Shown piece after piece: positions 33,023-43,400 of a DNA stretch of 64,000 nucleotides. Numbering within the stretch: the first letter of the stretch is position 1; every line of letters begins with the position of its first letter. The notes beneath the pieces are model-generated. The model saw only the letters and a program-made list of their open reading frames with translations. It did not search any database and was not told where the DNA came from. A program made the position numbers and the translations under genes. Source of the stretch: an uncultured Chthonomonadaceae bacterium (lineage in GTDB: Bacteria > Armatimonadota > Chthonomonadetes > Chthonomonadales > Chthonomonadaceae); NCBI GenBank assembly GCA_963835065.1, contig CAWIEK010000001.1, positions 128,001-192,000 of the forward strand. The letters are read 5' to 3'.

Positions 33023-33552
33023 CAGCGGCCCTCCTCGTAGAAGTAAGCGCGGTCATACGCCTGTGGCGGCAATTGGGGCAGATCGTGGTGACTCTCCGCC
33101 CATGCCAGAAACTCTCGACTCCATTCTTCTGGTGTCGCTGTTTCGTAAAAAGGACGGCTCACTGTTGTTTGAGGCGCTGGTAGAACGTAATCTACAGGCG
33201 GGTCAAAATCGGGAAGAGGTACGAAACCTGAAGGCCATTCCTTTTGCAACATACGCCACTGCTGAAGGGGGGCTACGCCATGAACAATATAGTTTCGTAG
33301 TGTGTCCGGGAATAGAATTCTTGTTTGCCCCGGTTCAGCATTGTCTACATTGTCAATTATGAACAACAGTTTTGCGGCCCTCTCGCCGCCCATGTCGTGA
33401 TACAGAGCCAGCATATCCAGAAAGAGGCGTTTTTCCTCCTGATGGCTGAAGGCTGCTTCGATCATGCGGCGCACAATGTCACCAGGCGAAACCTCCAGTC
33501 CGCCGGCAACCTGTTCTACCTGATACTCTTCTGCCTGACCTAAAAAGCTCAT
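33022..33552 (-). CDS. Putative antitoxin with an extra domain (176 aa)
   Basis: GGAGGAG RBS; TGATG coupling to the PIN gene; C-terminal PFYETATPEEW...WAESH...DRAYFY. Confidence 0.65.
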   Translation of the reverse strand: MSFLGQAEEYQVEQVAGGLEVSPGDIVRRMIEAAFSHQEEKRLFLDMLALYHDMGGERAAKLLFIIDNVDNAEPGQTRILFPDTLRNYIVHGVAPLQQWRMLQKEWPSGFVPLPDFDPPVDYVLPAPQTTVSRPFYETATPEEWSREFLAWAESHHDLPQLPPQAYDRAYFYEEGR

Positions 33553-33623
33553 GTTAGCGTTACTCCTCCCAAGTGGATGGGCGTATCTGGCTGCCCGACA
33601 CCACCAGTGCCATGTTTCCAACA

Positions 33624-34074
33624 TCAGCGGACTCCTGCACCGAGGATTACAAAACGTTGCTGCATATTGGTGTCTATCAGGCGATTTGTCATTCGTCATC
33701 ACAATACAGGTTTTCACGTCGCAGCATGTCAGGCGTCAAGCCCGATGACCTATCGGCGTGGCTGTGTGTCCACTCCTGATAGGTTTGCTGCCAGTTGGGG
33801 TTTGTGACTGCTCTACCCGGCGGCAGAGGCTTCGGCGCGAGTCGGGGTTTGCTGTCTTCTGCCGGGGTGTCCAATATGGCTTTGAACTTCTGCAAGGGAA
33901 GCGTTGAGGGCGTCTGCGCAATCGGAAATGCGATGTGCTGTACGGCGCTCTGCACAAGGCGGCGTTCGTGCCGCTTGTAAGTCAGTTTTCTCCCGATATC
34001 ATAAACCGTCAATTTGCGTTTGGCTGTTAATTGCCTCGTGCCGGTATCCGCTGTTTTTCCCCCGGGAGTGACAT
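33624..34074 (-). pseudogene. Second antitoxin-like gene plus a truncated PIN stub
   Basis: C-terminus WQQTYQEWTHSH...RRENLY; ATGA overlap into MTNRLIDTN...GVR* (33692-33624); the probable start at 34074 is out of frame. Confidence 0.5.
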
Positions 34075-34109
34075 GGCTTTTAATCCTCGCTATTTCATGG
34101 GTAAAATAC

Positions 34110-34145
34110 AAGAAGTTCCTCACTCGAATGAGTGAGGAACTTCTT
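34110..34145 (-). terminator. Terminator downstream of the tRNA
   Basis: AAGAAGTTCCTCACTC-GAAT-GAGTGAGGAACTTCTT. Confidence 0.8.
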
Positions 34146-34159
34146 GATTGAAAATGGAA

Positions 34160-34231
34160 TTGGCGGTATTGGATTTGAACCAATGACCTCTTCCGTGTCA
34201 AGGAAGCGCTCTACCCCTGAGCCAACCGCCA
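34160..34231 (-). tRNA. tRNA-Val(GAC)
   Basis: Cloverleaf TGGCGGT/ACCGCCA, GCTC/GAGC, CTTCC-TTGACAC-GGAAG, ATTGG-TTCAAAT-CCAAT; CCA not encoded. Confidence 0.95.
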
Positions 34232-34257
34232 TTGTTGTGTTTGAACTTCTAAATACA

Positions 34258-34286
34258 ATTATACTCCAAAATTCAGCGCGGGTCAA
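34258..34286 (-). promoter_or_regulatory. Sigma70 promoter of tRNA-Val
   Basis: TTGACC-N17-TATAAT. Confidence 0.8.
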
Positions 34287-34440
34287 GAGCAAATACAGGG
34301 AGTGGGCCGCACCAACACGGCACGGATAGCGAGCCTGCCTGCGCAGCCGAATGTGATCCTCCTGCTCAATACTCATTACCGAATACCTAACACCGAATAC
34401 CTAACACTCAACACCCAACACCCTTCCATGGAGCGCATCT

Positions 34441-35553
34441 ATGTCTTCCTCCGTCAACATTGGACTGATCGGTTCCGGCTTTGTCGCCGATATTCACGCG
34501 CATGCCATTCGGCAGTTTGTGCCGAACGCGAAGGTGCTTGCCGTTGCCTCCCCGACTCCGGGGAAAGCGGCGGCCTTTGCCGCGTCACGGGCTATTCCTC
34601 ACGCCTTTGAAGATTACCGCGACCTGCTGGCGCTGCCGGACGTTGATCTGGTGACATTGGCGCTGCCCAACGACCTGCATTGCCGGGTGGCGCTGGATGC
34701 GGCACGGGCGGGCAAGCACATCCTTTGTGAAAAACCCCTGTGCCGCACATTAGACGAGGCCGATCAGATGATTGCGGCGTGCCGACAGGCGGGCGTCCTG
34801 CTGCTGTATGCGGAAGAACTGCTGTTTGCGCCCAAATACGTCCGGGCGCGGCAACTGGTTGAGGAGGGCGCATTGGGCCGGGCGTTTCTGGTGAAGCAGT
34901 GGGAGGAACACTTTGGGCCGCATGAAGCGTGGTTTTGGGATGTGCAGCGTTCGGGCGGGGGCGTCCTGCTGGACATGGGCTGTCACAGCATCGAGTACGC
35001 GCGCTGGGTGTTCGGCAAGCCGCCCATTCGGAGCGTCTCGGCCACGCTGGGAACCTACGTTCATGCCGACAAAACGCAGGGCGAAGACCATTCTCTCGTG
35101 ACGGTGGAGTATGAGGGCAATCGCGTCGGGCTGGCGGAAAACTCGTGGGCCAAACCCGGCGGCGTGGATGACCGGTGCGAAATCTACGGCTCCAAAGGCC
35201 ATACCCGCGCCGACCTGCTGCGCGGCAACGCCCTTGTCACGTACAGCGACGTGGGCTATGGCTACGCGACGGAAAAGATGGACGTAACCACCGGCTGGAC
35301 GTTCACCATGTTTGAGGAAGCGTGGAACTACGGCTTTCCACAGGAGATACAGCACTTCGTCAACTGCGTTTCGGGCGTGGAAGAACCGAAAGAAACGGGC
35401 ATGGACGGACGCGAAGTGCTGAAAATCATTTACGCCGCCTATCAATCTATGGGCGAAGGACGCAGAATCACCTGGCCGTATGAAGTGCCGGAATGGGCGC
35501 GGAGTGAGTCGCCCATCGTCTTGTGGAAACCCGAACTCCGGCAGAACAAATAG
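34441..35553 (+). CDS. Gfo/Idh/MocA-family oxidoreductase
   Basis: IGLIGSG, HILCEKP, GGGVLLDMGCH. Confidence 0.92.
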   Translation: MSSSVNIGLIGSGFVADIHAHAIRQFVPNAKVLAVASPTPGKAAAFAASRAIPHAFEDYRDLLALPDVDLVTLALPNDLHCRVALDAARAGKHILCEKPLCRTLDEADQMIAACRQAGVLLLYAEELLFAPKYVRARQLVEEGALGRAFLVKQWEEHFGPHEAWFWDVQRSGGGVLLDMGCHSIEYARWVFGKPPIRSVSATLGTYVHADKTQGEDHSLVTVEYEGNRVGLAENSWAKPGGVDDRCEIYGSKGHTRADLLRGNALVTYSDVGYGYATEKMDVTTGWTFTMFEEAWNYGFPQEIQHFVNCVSGVEEPKETGMDGREVLKIIYAAYQSMGEGRRITWPYEVPEWARSESPIVLWKPELRQNK

Positions 35554-35567
35554 CCCCTCGCTGGCTT

Positions 35568-35648
35568 ATAGACAAACCAGATAAAAGTGAGACAATCCGC
35601 GGCTCAGGTCAATCTCGACTTTGTCTGGTGTTTAACTGGTTTGTCTAT
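35568..35648. repeat. Small inverted-repeat element
   Basis: ATAGACAAACCAG ... CTGGTTTGTCTAT. Confidence 0.55.
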
Positions 35649-35662
35649 TCGTTCAGATACAA

Positions 35663-35696
35663 GTGACGGCTCACCAGGCGTAAACGTGGGGGCTTC
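35663..35696 (-). mobile_element. IS200/IS605-like right-end hairpin, copy 1
   Basis: GAAGCCCCCACGTTTACGCCTGGTGAGCCGTCAC; near-identical copy at 36752. Confidence 0.55.
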
Positions 35697-35838
35697 TCTC
35701 CGGTCCATGCCGGAATGGTGTGCCGTCCCACAGCATGGAACTGTAAGCGCGGATTTTTACTTGGCATGGGTTCCGCTTTGCCGCCTCGCAGGAGAGTAGG
35801 ACACAGGAACCACAAGCGCTGCTGCCAAACACGGACTA

Positions 35839-36012
35839 TAGACAATCCCAACAGGCCGGGTATTGAAAATACCCGGCAGGAAAGTGCAAGCGTCCAACAG
35901 ACGCAAATGCCGCGCCTGTTGGGAGAAGCTCTAAGGGTCCGTAAATGTATAACTTCCCGTTTGCATAGGTCGGTGTTCCCACTTGTTCGGGAAGTTAAAG
36001 ATTTACGGACCC
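35839..36012. mobile_element. MITE family A copy 2 joined through TAA to family B copy 2 (35935-36012)
   Basis: Same AATACCCGGCAGGAAAGTGCAAGCGTC core and same TIRs as 28783-28957. Confidence 0.72.
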
Positions 36013-36082
36013 TAAGTCAAACCGGTGAATGAACGGCAGCGCGGCGTGGGGCTATTAATCCAATGCGAAGGGGAGAATGTTT

Positions 36083-36736
36083 ATGTCAGAGGACACGATT
36101 GCGCATCCAAAAATCGTTTCGGTCGAAGAATGGGCGGCGGCGCGTGAGGCGCTGCTTGAGGGGGAGAAAGCGCTGACCCGCCAACGGGACGCCCTCAACG
36201 CGCAGCGCCGCCGATTGCCGATGGTCAAGCTCGAAAAGGAGTACGTTTTCGACGGGCCGGAAGGCAAGGTCAGCCTGAACAAGCTGTTTGCCGACCGCCG
36301 CCAACTGATCGTCTACCACTTCATGTTCGATCCGGCGTGGGAAGAGGGCTGTCCGGGCTGCACAGGCTTCGTCAACGCGCTAGGCGACCTGTCGCTGCTG
36401 AACGAGCGCGACACCACGTTCGCGCTTGTCTCGCGGGCGCCGCGCAACAAATTGGAGGCGTACCAGAAGCTGCAGGGCTGGCGCATCCCCTGGTATTCTT
36501 CTTTTGGAAGCGATTTCAACGTCGATTTCCACGTCACCGACGACAAGGGCGAAGGACCGGGACTGAGCGTTTTCTTCCGAATAGGAGAGGACGTATTCCA
36601 TACCTACTCCACCTATAATCGTGGCGTGGAAGCGCTTACCGACGCCTACCCTCTCCTCGATGTAACCCCCTACGGGCGTCAAGAGGATTTCGAGGACTCG
36701 CCACCCGGCTGGCCGCAGAAGCCTACCTATAGCTAG
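36083..36736 (+). CDS. DUF899 family thioredoxin-like protein
   Basis: EKALTRQRD...[29 protein letters not shown]. Confidence 0.92.
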   Translation: MSEDTIAHPKIVSVEEWAAAREALLEGEKALTRQRDALNAQRRRLPMVKLEKEYVFDGPEGKVSLNKLFADRRQLIVYHFMFDPAWEEGCPGCTGFVNALGDLSLLNERDTTFALVSRAPRNKLEAYQKLQGWRIPWYSSFGSDFNVDFHVTDDKGEGPGLSVFFRIGEDVFHTYSTYNRGVEALTDAYPLLDVTPYGRQEDFEDSPPGWPQKPTYS

Positions 36737-36751
36737 GACACTGCGGCCTCA

Positions 36752-36785
36752 GTGACGGCTCCCCAGGCGTGAACGCGGGGGCTTC
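36752..36785 (-). mobile_element. IS200/IS605-like right-end hairpin, copy 2
   Basis: GAAGCCCCCGCGTTCACGCCTGGGGAGCCGTCAC. Confidence 0.55.
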
Positions 36786-36827
36786 ATGCTCTTACGGAGT
36801 TGAACCTGCGCCTGCCGCAACGGCTTA

Positions 36828-36905
36828 GGGTTCGTAAAAGTATAACTTCCCGAACAGGCGGGAACGCTGACCTTTGCAAACGGGAACTTATACTTTTACG
36901 GACCC
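36828..36905. mobile_element. MITE family B, copy 3 (inverted relative to copy 2)
   Basis: TIRs GGGTTCGTAAAAGTATAACTTCCC; TTA flanks; interior closely matches the reverse complement of copy 2. Confidence 0.78.
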
Positions 36906-36991
36906 TTAGGGTTGGCAACAGGAGGCGTGTCATCCGAGAACGTGGCGAAGTTCTCCAAGCCTACGTCTACACCCGCTTCCTTGCAGGAGGA

Positions 36992-37672
36992 TTAGCGATT
37001 TGAACTCTGATAAAGAAGAAACAACTCATCTGTTGCTGATTCAACGGAATGGATGCCCTTTTCTGCATCAGCCAACATGCCGTTGGCTTGCTTAATCAGC
37101 TTCAGATAGGCGGGATTGCCTGTGCTGCCGAACTCTTCCCACGCCTTGCATAGTTCCGAACGCAGCGTCAACACGTCCGCATAGGCAGTGTCCACCGCGC
37201 GCATTCCTTTGCGAATGGCGTCTGGAAGAGAGGCCGATACTGCCAATCGGCGAAAGCCTTGCGCATCCATGCGCAAAGCAATTCCGGCTGTATGGAAAAC
37301 ATGCTTATTGACGTTAATCGAGGCTCGCAGTCTCGCTACGCTCGTCTGGCGACGCGCCACCAGCAATGCCGCCCTTGCTTTTCCGTCATGTGCCGCCGCC
37401 ACAGCAGCGAGCGCTTTACGCGCCCGCGCCCAGTTTTCGTAAGCCGCTACCGAAGGCGGCGCGGCTGTCGTCCCCTCGGTTGATGGCTTCATTTTCGTCG
37501 TGGCCTGAGACGAGGGCGCGGGGGAGGACGCTATGGGCGTTGCCGCCACCACCGGGGTATCCGGCGATTGTTGTTGGCCGCTCTGCTCGGCGGACCGGCA
37601 TCCGGCAAACCAAAATTGAAGAGTGAACGCGATTGGCAGAATGAACACTCGTTTAGAATAGCGGTGTGACAT
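36992..37672 (-). CDS. Hypothetical lipoprotein
   Basis: Lipobox FAGC, Pro/Ser/Thr linker, helical domain; AGGAG RBS. Confidence 0.75.
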   Translation of the reverse strand: MSHRYSKRVFILPIAFTLQFWFAGCRSAEQSGQQQSPDTPVVAATPIASSPAPSSQATTKMKPSTEGTTAAPPSVAAYENWARARKALAAVAAAHDGKARAALLVARRQTSVARLRASINVNKHVFHTAGIALRMDAQGFRRLAVSASLPDAIRKGMRAVDTAYADVLTLRSELCKAWEEFGSTGNPAYLKLIKQANGMLADAEKGIHSVESATDELFLLYQSSNR

Positions 37673-37700
37673 GTGTTATCTCCTGTTATCTGCTTTGCGA

Positions 37701-38222
37701 TCAAGATTTCCCGTCCGGCACATCTGCCGCTGCCGGCCTTTGCGTGGCCTGATAGTCGAGAAGGACATAGCGAGAAAAGACGGCCAGAAGGAGCATCAGG
37801 GCGGCTCCGCACATCGCAGAGGCGTAAGTTTCGATGACAGCCTGTTGGCGGTCAGTGGCGCTGCCGTCTAAGATGACGTAGCCGATAATCATCGCAAGCA
37901 GGCACACAACGGCTAAAACGCTTCGCCGGTTCGTGCGAGACCGGGATTCCTTCTGAATATTTATGAAAGAAACCGCAGTGAAAAACTCAAGCAAAATCCC
38001 CAAGCTCAGACATCCTGTGCCGATGTCGTAGGTTCCCTGTCGCTCACGCGCATCATGCACTTCCATGAGTTTCCTCTGAAACTCCAGATCAGCGGAGTAA
38101 CCGCTATTTTCATGATACACAGCGCCCGGCCTGGTGCCGCTGCCAATGATGAATAGGAATGCCGCGATTGAAAAGACCAGGCACAGGCTGCCGATCATTC
38201 CATAAACAAACGCCGGTCTCAT
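37701..38222 (-). CDS. Hypothetical membrane protein (about 4 TM)
   Basis: AGGAGGT RBS; four hydrophobic segments. Confidence 0.75.
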   Translation of the reverse strand: MRPAFVYGMIGSLCLVFSIAAFLFIIGSGTRPGAVYHENSGYSADLEFQRKLMEVHDARERQGTYDIGTGCLSLGILLEFFTAVSFINIQKESRSRTNRRSVLAVVCLLAMIIGYVILDGSATDRQQAVIETYASAMCGAALMLLLAVFSRYVLLDYQATQRPAAADVPDGKS

Positions 38223-38393
38223 GCTGGTTACCTCCTGATGTTCCTGGCAGGCTGCGCTGTCAAATCCGCAACTTACCTGCAAGCGGGAATGCAAGGCGAG
38301 AAGAGCAAAGGCGGGGTTCGTCAACAAACGTTTGCATTGTCCGCTCTCCGCTCAATAAATTATCATAAAGCATGTTGCCCCTAAAATAGAAAG

Positions 38394-38474
38394 ATTCACG
38401 GTAAATTCACCGGGCGAGCATAGGTGTGCCATGCAGAATACAGCAGGGCAGCGCTATGTGAATTTTCTGTGAAT
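38394..38474. promoter_or_regulatory. Two inverted pairs of 11-bp-periodic direct repeats (candidate SARP operators)
   Basis: ATTCAC at 38394 and 38405; GTGAAT at 38458 and 38469. Confidence 0.55.
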
Positions 38475-38549
38475 TTACGTACACGCGAGCGCCGGTGGAT
38501 TAGAATCTCTATAGCATCCGTCTATGCAGGGGATCGGCGGTTCGCCGTT

Positions 38550-38591
38550 GAATGTACAGCGCGTGGCAGCGAATGTGCAGCGCGTGGCAGC
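38550..38591. repeat. 21-bp tandem duplication
   Basis: GAATGT(A/G)CAGCGCGTGGCAGC x2. Confidence 0.85.
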
Positions 38592-38612
38592 ATATAGATA
38601 TTGGAGGGGAAC

Positions 38613-40472
38613 ATGGCGCGTGTTGGCAATGGTGGCCTTGAACTTCGGCTTTTCGGCCCGTTTGATGCCCGCCTGAATGGAGAGCCACTTGCCGGACTGG
38701 CAGAACATCGCCGCGCCGCGCACGTGCTCGCGTTTCTTGCCTTGCATGGATCGCGGGTTCTGGATCGAGAATGGGTCGCCGATCAATTATCTGAAGAAGA
38801 CGCGGGCGGAAATCGAATCGAATTTACGCAGGAGAATTTGCGGCAGCAGTTGATGGCCGCGCGGCGAATGTTGCAGGAGGCTGCTCCGTCCCTTGTATCC
38901 GGTCATGGGGTTCTGTCGCTGGCAATGGAGACTTGCTATGTGGATACACATGCGTTCGACAAAATTTGGGACGCGCGCCAAACCGACCCGCGCGGCTTGG
39001 AGCGGATTGTCCAGGTCTACCAGGGGCCGCTGCTGCAGGATTGGAACGAAGCCTGGCTGCGGCCACAACGCGACGCCTACGCCCGAAAATACCTGAAGTG
39101 TCTCCAAGCGCTTGCGCGACAGGCGGAAGAAGACGAAAACATGGAAGCCGCCATTGACTATCTGGCAATGGCGGTGGAAACGGACCCCATCAGCCAGCAG
39201 GCGCAGAGCAGGCTACTGAAGGTACTGCTTGCTTCTCATGAGTATCTCAAAGCGAAGCAGGTATTTGAGCAGTATCATACGCTTCTTCGGGAACAGGGTA
39301 TGCCGCTTGCGCCGGAAATGCTCCTCCTCTGCGATCAGATTCCGAAACACGAAGCGGAGGCTGTTTCTTCCTCCAATGTCGCTTCCAGTGTCGCTTCTTC
39401 TAATGCTGTTTCTTTAAATGCCGCTTCTTCAAATGCCGCTTCTTCCGTCGGGGCCGCTTCCGTTGATGTGGAACCGCCCGGCGGCGCGGTACCGCTCCGC
39501 TCCCGCTATTATATCGTTCGCCCGGCAGATACGGAGTGTCATACAGCGATTGCCCGCAGGGACAGTTTCGTTTTGCTGCACGGTTCGCGGCAAGTCGGCA
39601 AAACCTCGGTACTGGCGCGGGGAGTGGAGCAGGCCCGGCGTATGGGCGCGCAGGCGCTGCATACCGACTTTCAAAAGTTCAGCGCCGCCGAAATGGAGTC
39701 CCTGGATTCCTTCTTTCTCTCCCTGGCGCGGCGCATAGCCAGAACTCTGAACCTGCCCGTCTCCCTTCACGACATATGGGATGACCATCTGGCCCCCGGT
39801 ATGAACTTCGAGCAGTTCTTCCTGGAAAGCGTACTGGAGCCTATCCCCGGCCCCGTCGTCTGGGGGTTGGATGAGGTGGATCGTCTGTTTACCTGCGATT
39901 ATCGCGGCGATGTCTTCAGCCTGTTCCGCTCCTGGCACAATGAGCGCGCGTTGGCTCCCGGCACACCCCTGGAACGGCTCACAATTCTCTTCTGCTACGC
40001 GGTGGAGGCCAACTGCTTTATTCCCAACCTCAATCAGTCTCCTTTTAATGTGGGAACCAGCATTGCCCTCAACGATTTCTCGCAGTTTCAGGTAGAAGAG
40101 CTTTGCAGCCTGCACGATCTTCCCACAGAGGAGGCCGTCTCTCTTTTTGCCCTGACCTGCGGACATCCTTACCTGACTCGCAACGCGCTCTACGCGCTCA
40201 AGACGCGACAGATGAATTGGAATTCGATAGCGGCGCAGGCTGCCCGCGAGGAGGGTCCCTTTGGCAGCCATCTGCGGCATCTTCGCAAAACGCTTATGGA
40301 AAACGAACCGCTTTATCGCGTCGTACAAGGCGTTTTGAAGGGCGAAGGCTGCGCGAACTCCGAGGCGTTCTATCATCTGACAGCGGCGGGCATTCTGAAA
40401 GGGGAGTCGCCGGAGGCCATCGAATTCCGCTGTCCTCTCTATGAAACTTATTTGAGAAAGCGCCTGTTATGA
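38613..40472 (+). CDS. SARP-type (wHTH-BTAD) transcriptional regulator fused to an AAA_35 NTPase
   Basis: LRLFGPF, LAFLAL, VD..AF, YQGPLL..W...W, DPISQ (BTAD); GSRQVGKTS, LDEVD, SPFNVG, GHPYL (AAA_35). Confidence 0.88.
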   Translation: MARVGNGGLELRLFGPFDARLNGEPLAGLAEHRRAAHVLAFLALHGSRVLDREWVADQLSEEDAGGNRIEFTQENLRQQLMAARRMLQEAAPSLVSGHGVLSLAMETCYVDTHAFDKIWDARQTDPRGLERIVQVYQGPLLQDWNEAWLRPQRDAYARKYLKCLQALARQAEEDENMEAAIDYLAMAVETDPISQQAQSRLLKVLLASHEYLKAKQVFEQYHTLLREQGMPLAPEMLLLCDQIPKHEAEAVSSSNVASSVASSNAVSLNAASSNAASSVGAASVDVEPPGGAVPLRSRYYIVRPADTECHTAIARRDSFVLLHGSRQVGKTSVLARGVEQARRMGAQALHTDFQKFSAAEMESLDSFFLSLARRIARTLNLPVSLHDIWDDHLAPGMNFEQFFLESVLEPIPGPVVWGLDEVDRLFTCDYRGDVFSLFRSWHNERALAPGTPLERLTILFCYAVEANCFIPNLNQSPFNVGTSIALNDFSQFQVEELCSLHDLPTEEAVSLFALTCGHPYLTRNALYALKTRQMNWNSIAAQAAREEGPFGSHLRHLRKTLMENEPLYRVVQGVLKGEGCANSEAFYHLTAAGILKGESPEAIEFRCPLYETYLRKRLL

Positions 40473-43400
40473 GTTCTTTTCCCTCGGACTTCCGGGCGCA
40501 GTTTTATACCTGCGGCGGCACGATGACAGGCGATGACCCATCCTATGTGGAGCGGGAGGCAGACGCCGAACTCTTCGCGGCGCTGCGGCAGGGGCAGTTC
40601 TGCTATGTCTTAACCGCCCGTCAGATGGGCAAATCTTCCCTGATGGTGCGCGCGTCCCGGCGGCTGCAAGCAGCGCTCCGCCCGGAAGCAGGCGCTGTCG
40701 CGCTGCTCGACCTTTCCGCTATCGGCCAGAATGCCTCTGAGGAATCCTGGTACTACACGCTGCTGACACAGATGGGAAAGCGATTGGGATTAAGTGGGGA
40801 GATGCGCGAATTGTGGCGCGCGCAGACCGATCTTCCTCCCCTGCAGCGTTGGATCATGGGAATAGAGGAGATTGTTCTGAAGCGTTTTTCCGGGCCGGTA
40901 GTGATCTTTCTGGATGAGATTGATATGGTGCGGGGCCTGACGTTTAAGACAGACGAGTTTTTCATCGCCATACGCGCGCTTTATAACCGCCGCGCCCTGG
41001 AACCGGGTCTGGAGCGGCTTACCTTCTGCCTGCTCGGCGTCGCCACACCCTCCGACCTGATCCAGGACGCGCAGCTGACCCCCTTCAACATTGGCAAGCG
41101 CATCGAGCTGACGGACTTCAGCCTGGAGGAAGCCGCTGTTCTGAAATGGGGCATGAGTGGCGAGGAACTCCTCAGCGACATGCTGCTTAAGCGCGTCCTG
41201 TATTGGACGGGAGGGCATCCCTATCTCACGCAGTGCCTTTGCCAGGCCATCAGCAAAAATCCCTCCCACCAAACCACAGAGGCAGTGGATGAGTTGTGCG
41301 ACGGGATGTTCCTTTCCGGCGGCGCGCGGGAAAAAGATATCAACCTGCAATTCGTCCGTGACCGGCTTCTGAAGTCGGCGGGAGATATAGCCGCTATTCT
41401 GGAACTCTACCGGCAGGTTCTATCCGGGCATCGGGTAGCGGACTCGGAAGCGGATCAGCGCATCAGCGTACTCCGGCTTTCCGGCGTTGCGCGCGTCATT
41501 GACAGGCATCTCGCCGTCCGTAATCGCATCTATGCGCGCGTTTTTAACCGGGAGTGGATACTGGCGCACATGCCGGACGCCGAACTGCGGCGGCAGAAAG
41601 CCGCCTATCGGAAGGGCATTTTCCGCGCCTTGTTCGTCTCCGGCGGCATACTCGCCGCCATAGCGCTTTGTGGCATGGTCGCGTTTATACAATGGCGGCA
41701 TGCCGTCGCAGAAGGGCTGCGCGCGTCCGCAGAGGGTCTTCGCGCGTCCGCGGAGCATCGTCGCGCAGAAGGCTTACGCTATACCTCGGACATGGCATTG
41801 GCGCAAATTTATTACGACCGTCAGCAGTATCGTCGCCTGGCGCAGGCGTTGACGGATCACTTGCCTTCCCCGGAGGAAAAAGAGGACCTGCGCGGCTGGG
41901 AGTGGGGCTACTACTGGCAGCGGATGCACCGTGATCTGCATACGTTTCAGCATAAGGGAAAAGGTATCGTCTATTCAATAGCCTTCTCTCCCGACGGCAA
42001 AATGTTGGCCTCGTCCAATGGCGACGGCTCGATCCGCTTCTGGGATACCATGTCAAAGCGCGAGATGCCGCCCGGCCTGGACGAGCATAACGACGAGGCG
42101 CTTTCCGAGGTATTCTCCATCGCCTTTTCCCCGAAAGACTCTAATCTCCTGGCCTCCTGCAGCGCCGATGGCACGATCAAGTTATGGGATGTCGCCGCTC
42201 GGCGCGTAAGGAAAACGTTCTCTTTCGGCGCGGCGGTAAACGCGCTGGCTTTCTCCCCTGACGGCAAGTATCTGGCGGCAGGCGACGCGAAGGGCGTGTT
42301 GTCCCGCCTGGATATGGCTTCGGGCCGCGTCACGCCATGGCAGGGTGGGAAAGAAGATGCGATCAACGCGGTGGCCTTCTCCCCCGATGGCCGTTGGCTG
42401 GTCGCCGGGTATGCCCCCAGTGGCAAGATCAGGCTCCTGGAGGCGTCTTCCCAACGCGCGATAGACCTCGCCCCCTCCTCTGCGCAGGGTCATATCTATT
42501 CGACGGCTATCTCCCCGGACAATCGCGCGCTGGCAATCGGCAGGAACGATGGCACTACGGAGATATGGGATATTCCCTCAAGGCACAGGGTAAACACGCT
42601 TCACGGCCATACCGACACGGTTCATGGCCTGGCATTTTCACCTGACGGCAAGTGCCTGGCAACCGGCAGTTGGGATAATACGATCCGCCTGTGGAATCTG
42701 GCAGAGCGCAAAACAATTCACACCTTCATCGGCCACACCAGTAGGGTCACGTGCGTCGCATTCTCCCGCGACGGCAGCGTCCTGGCCTCCGGCGCGGGAA
42801 ACGAGGTCAAGTTCTGGGATACGCGGCGGCTGGAGGACAATCCACGCATGTTGAATTGGCCGGTCAACCTGAAAATGGAGGGTTACGCGCAAGAACTGGC
42901 GTTTAATGCCAATAGTGTTCCCAATCTATGGATCAGGAAATCTCATCCCTCTGCGCTGACACTGTTTGACCTTACGGACTGGCGTAAGCGCCAATCTTTA
43001 GAAATGCCGGCAAATCCAGGCAGTGCCGCCTTTTCACCGGATCACAAAATGCTGGCTATGGGAAGTAACGATGGAACGGTGAGGCTGCAAGACTTACAAA
43101 CAGGAAAGGTGAAATCTTGTTTCCCGGTTGACGCGCGCGCGAAAGAGCGCAGGCAGATAGATGTTTGCAGCCTGGCCTTCTCTTCTGACGGTAAACTGTT
43201 GGCAGCGGCGAGTGGAGACCCTGCTGTCGTAACGCTGTGGGAAGTCGCCACGCAGCGGCTAATCGGGCAATTTCAGCACTCGAATGCCGCGCAGAGAATT
43301 GCTTTCTCCCCGCAGGGAACCCTGCTGGCGGTTGCCAACTGGCAGGGCCACGTTTTTGTGTGGAACTACGCGGCACACACGGGGAAAGTAGAAGTAAAGG

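Noticed and set aside
34075..34201. N-terminal part of ORF 33689-34201
   Set aside because: It overlaps the tRNA and its terminator, so the true start must be downstream.
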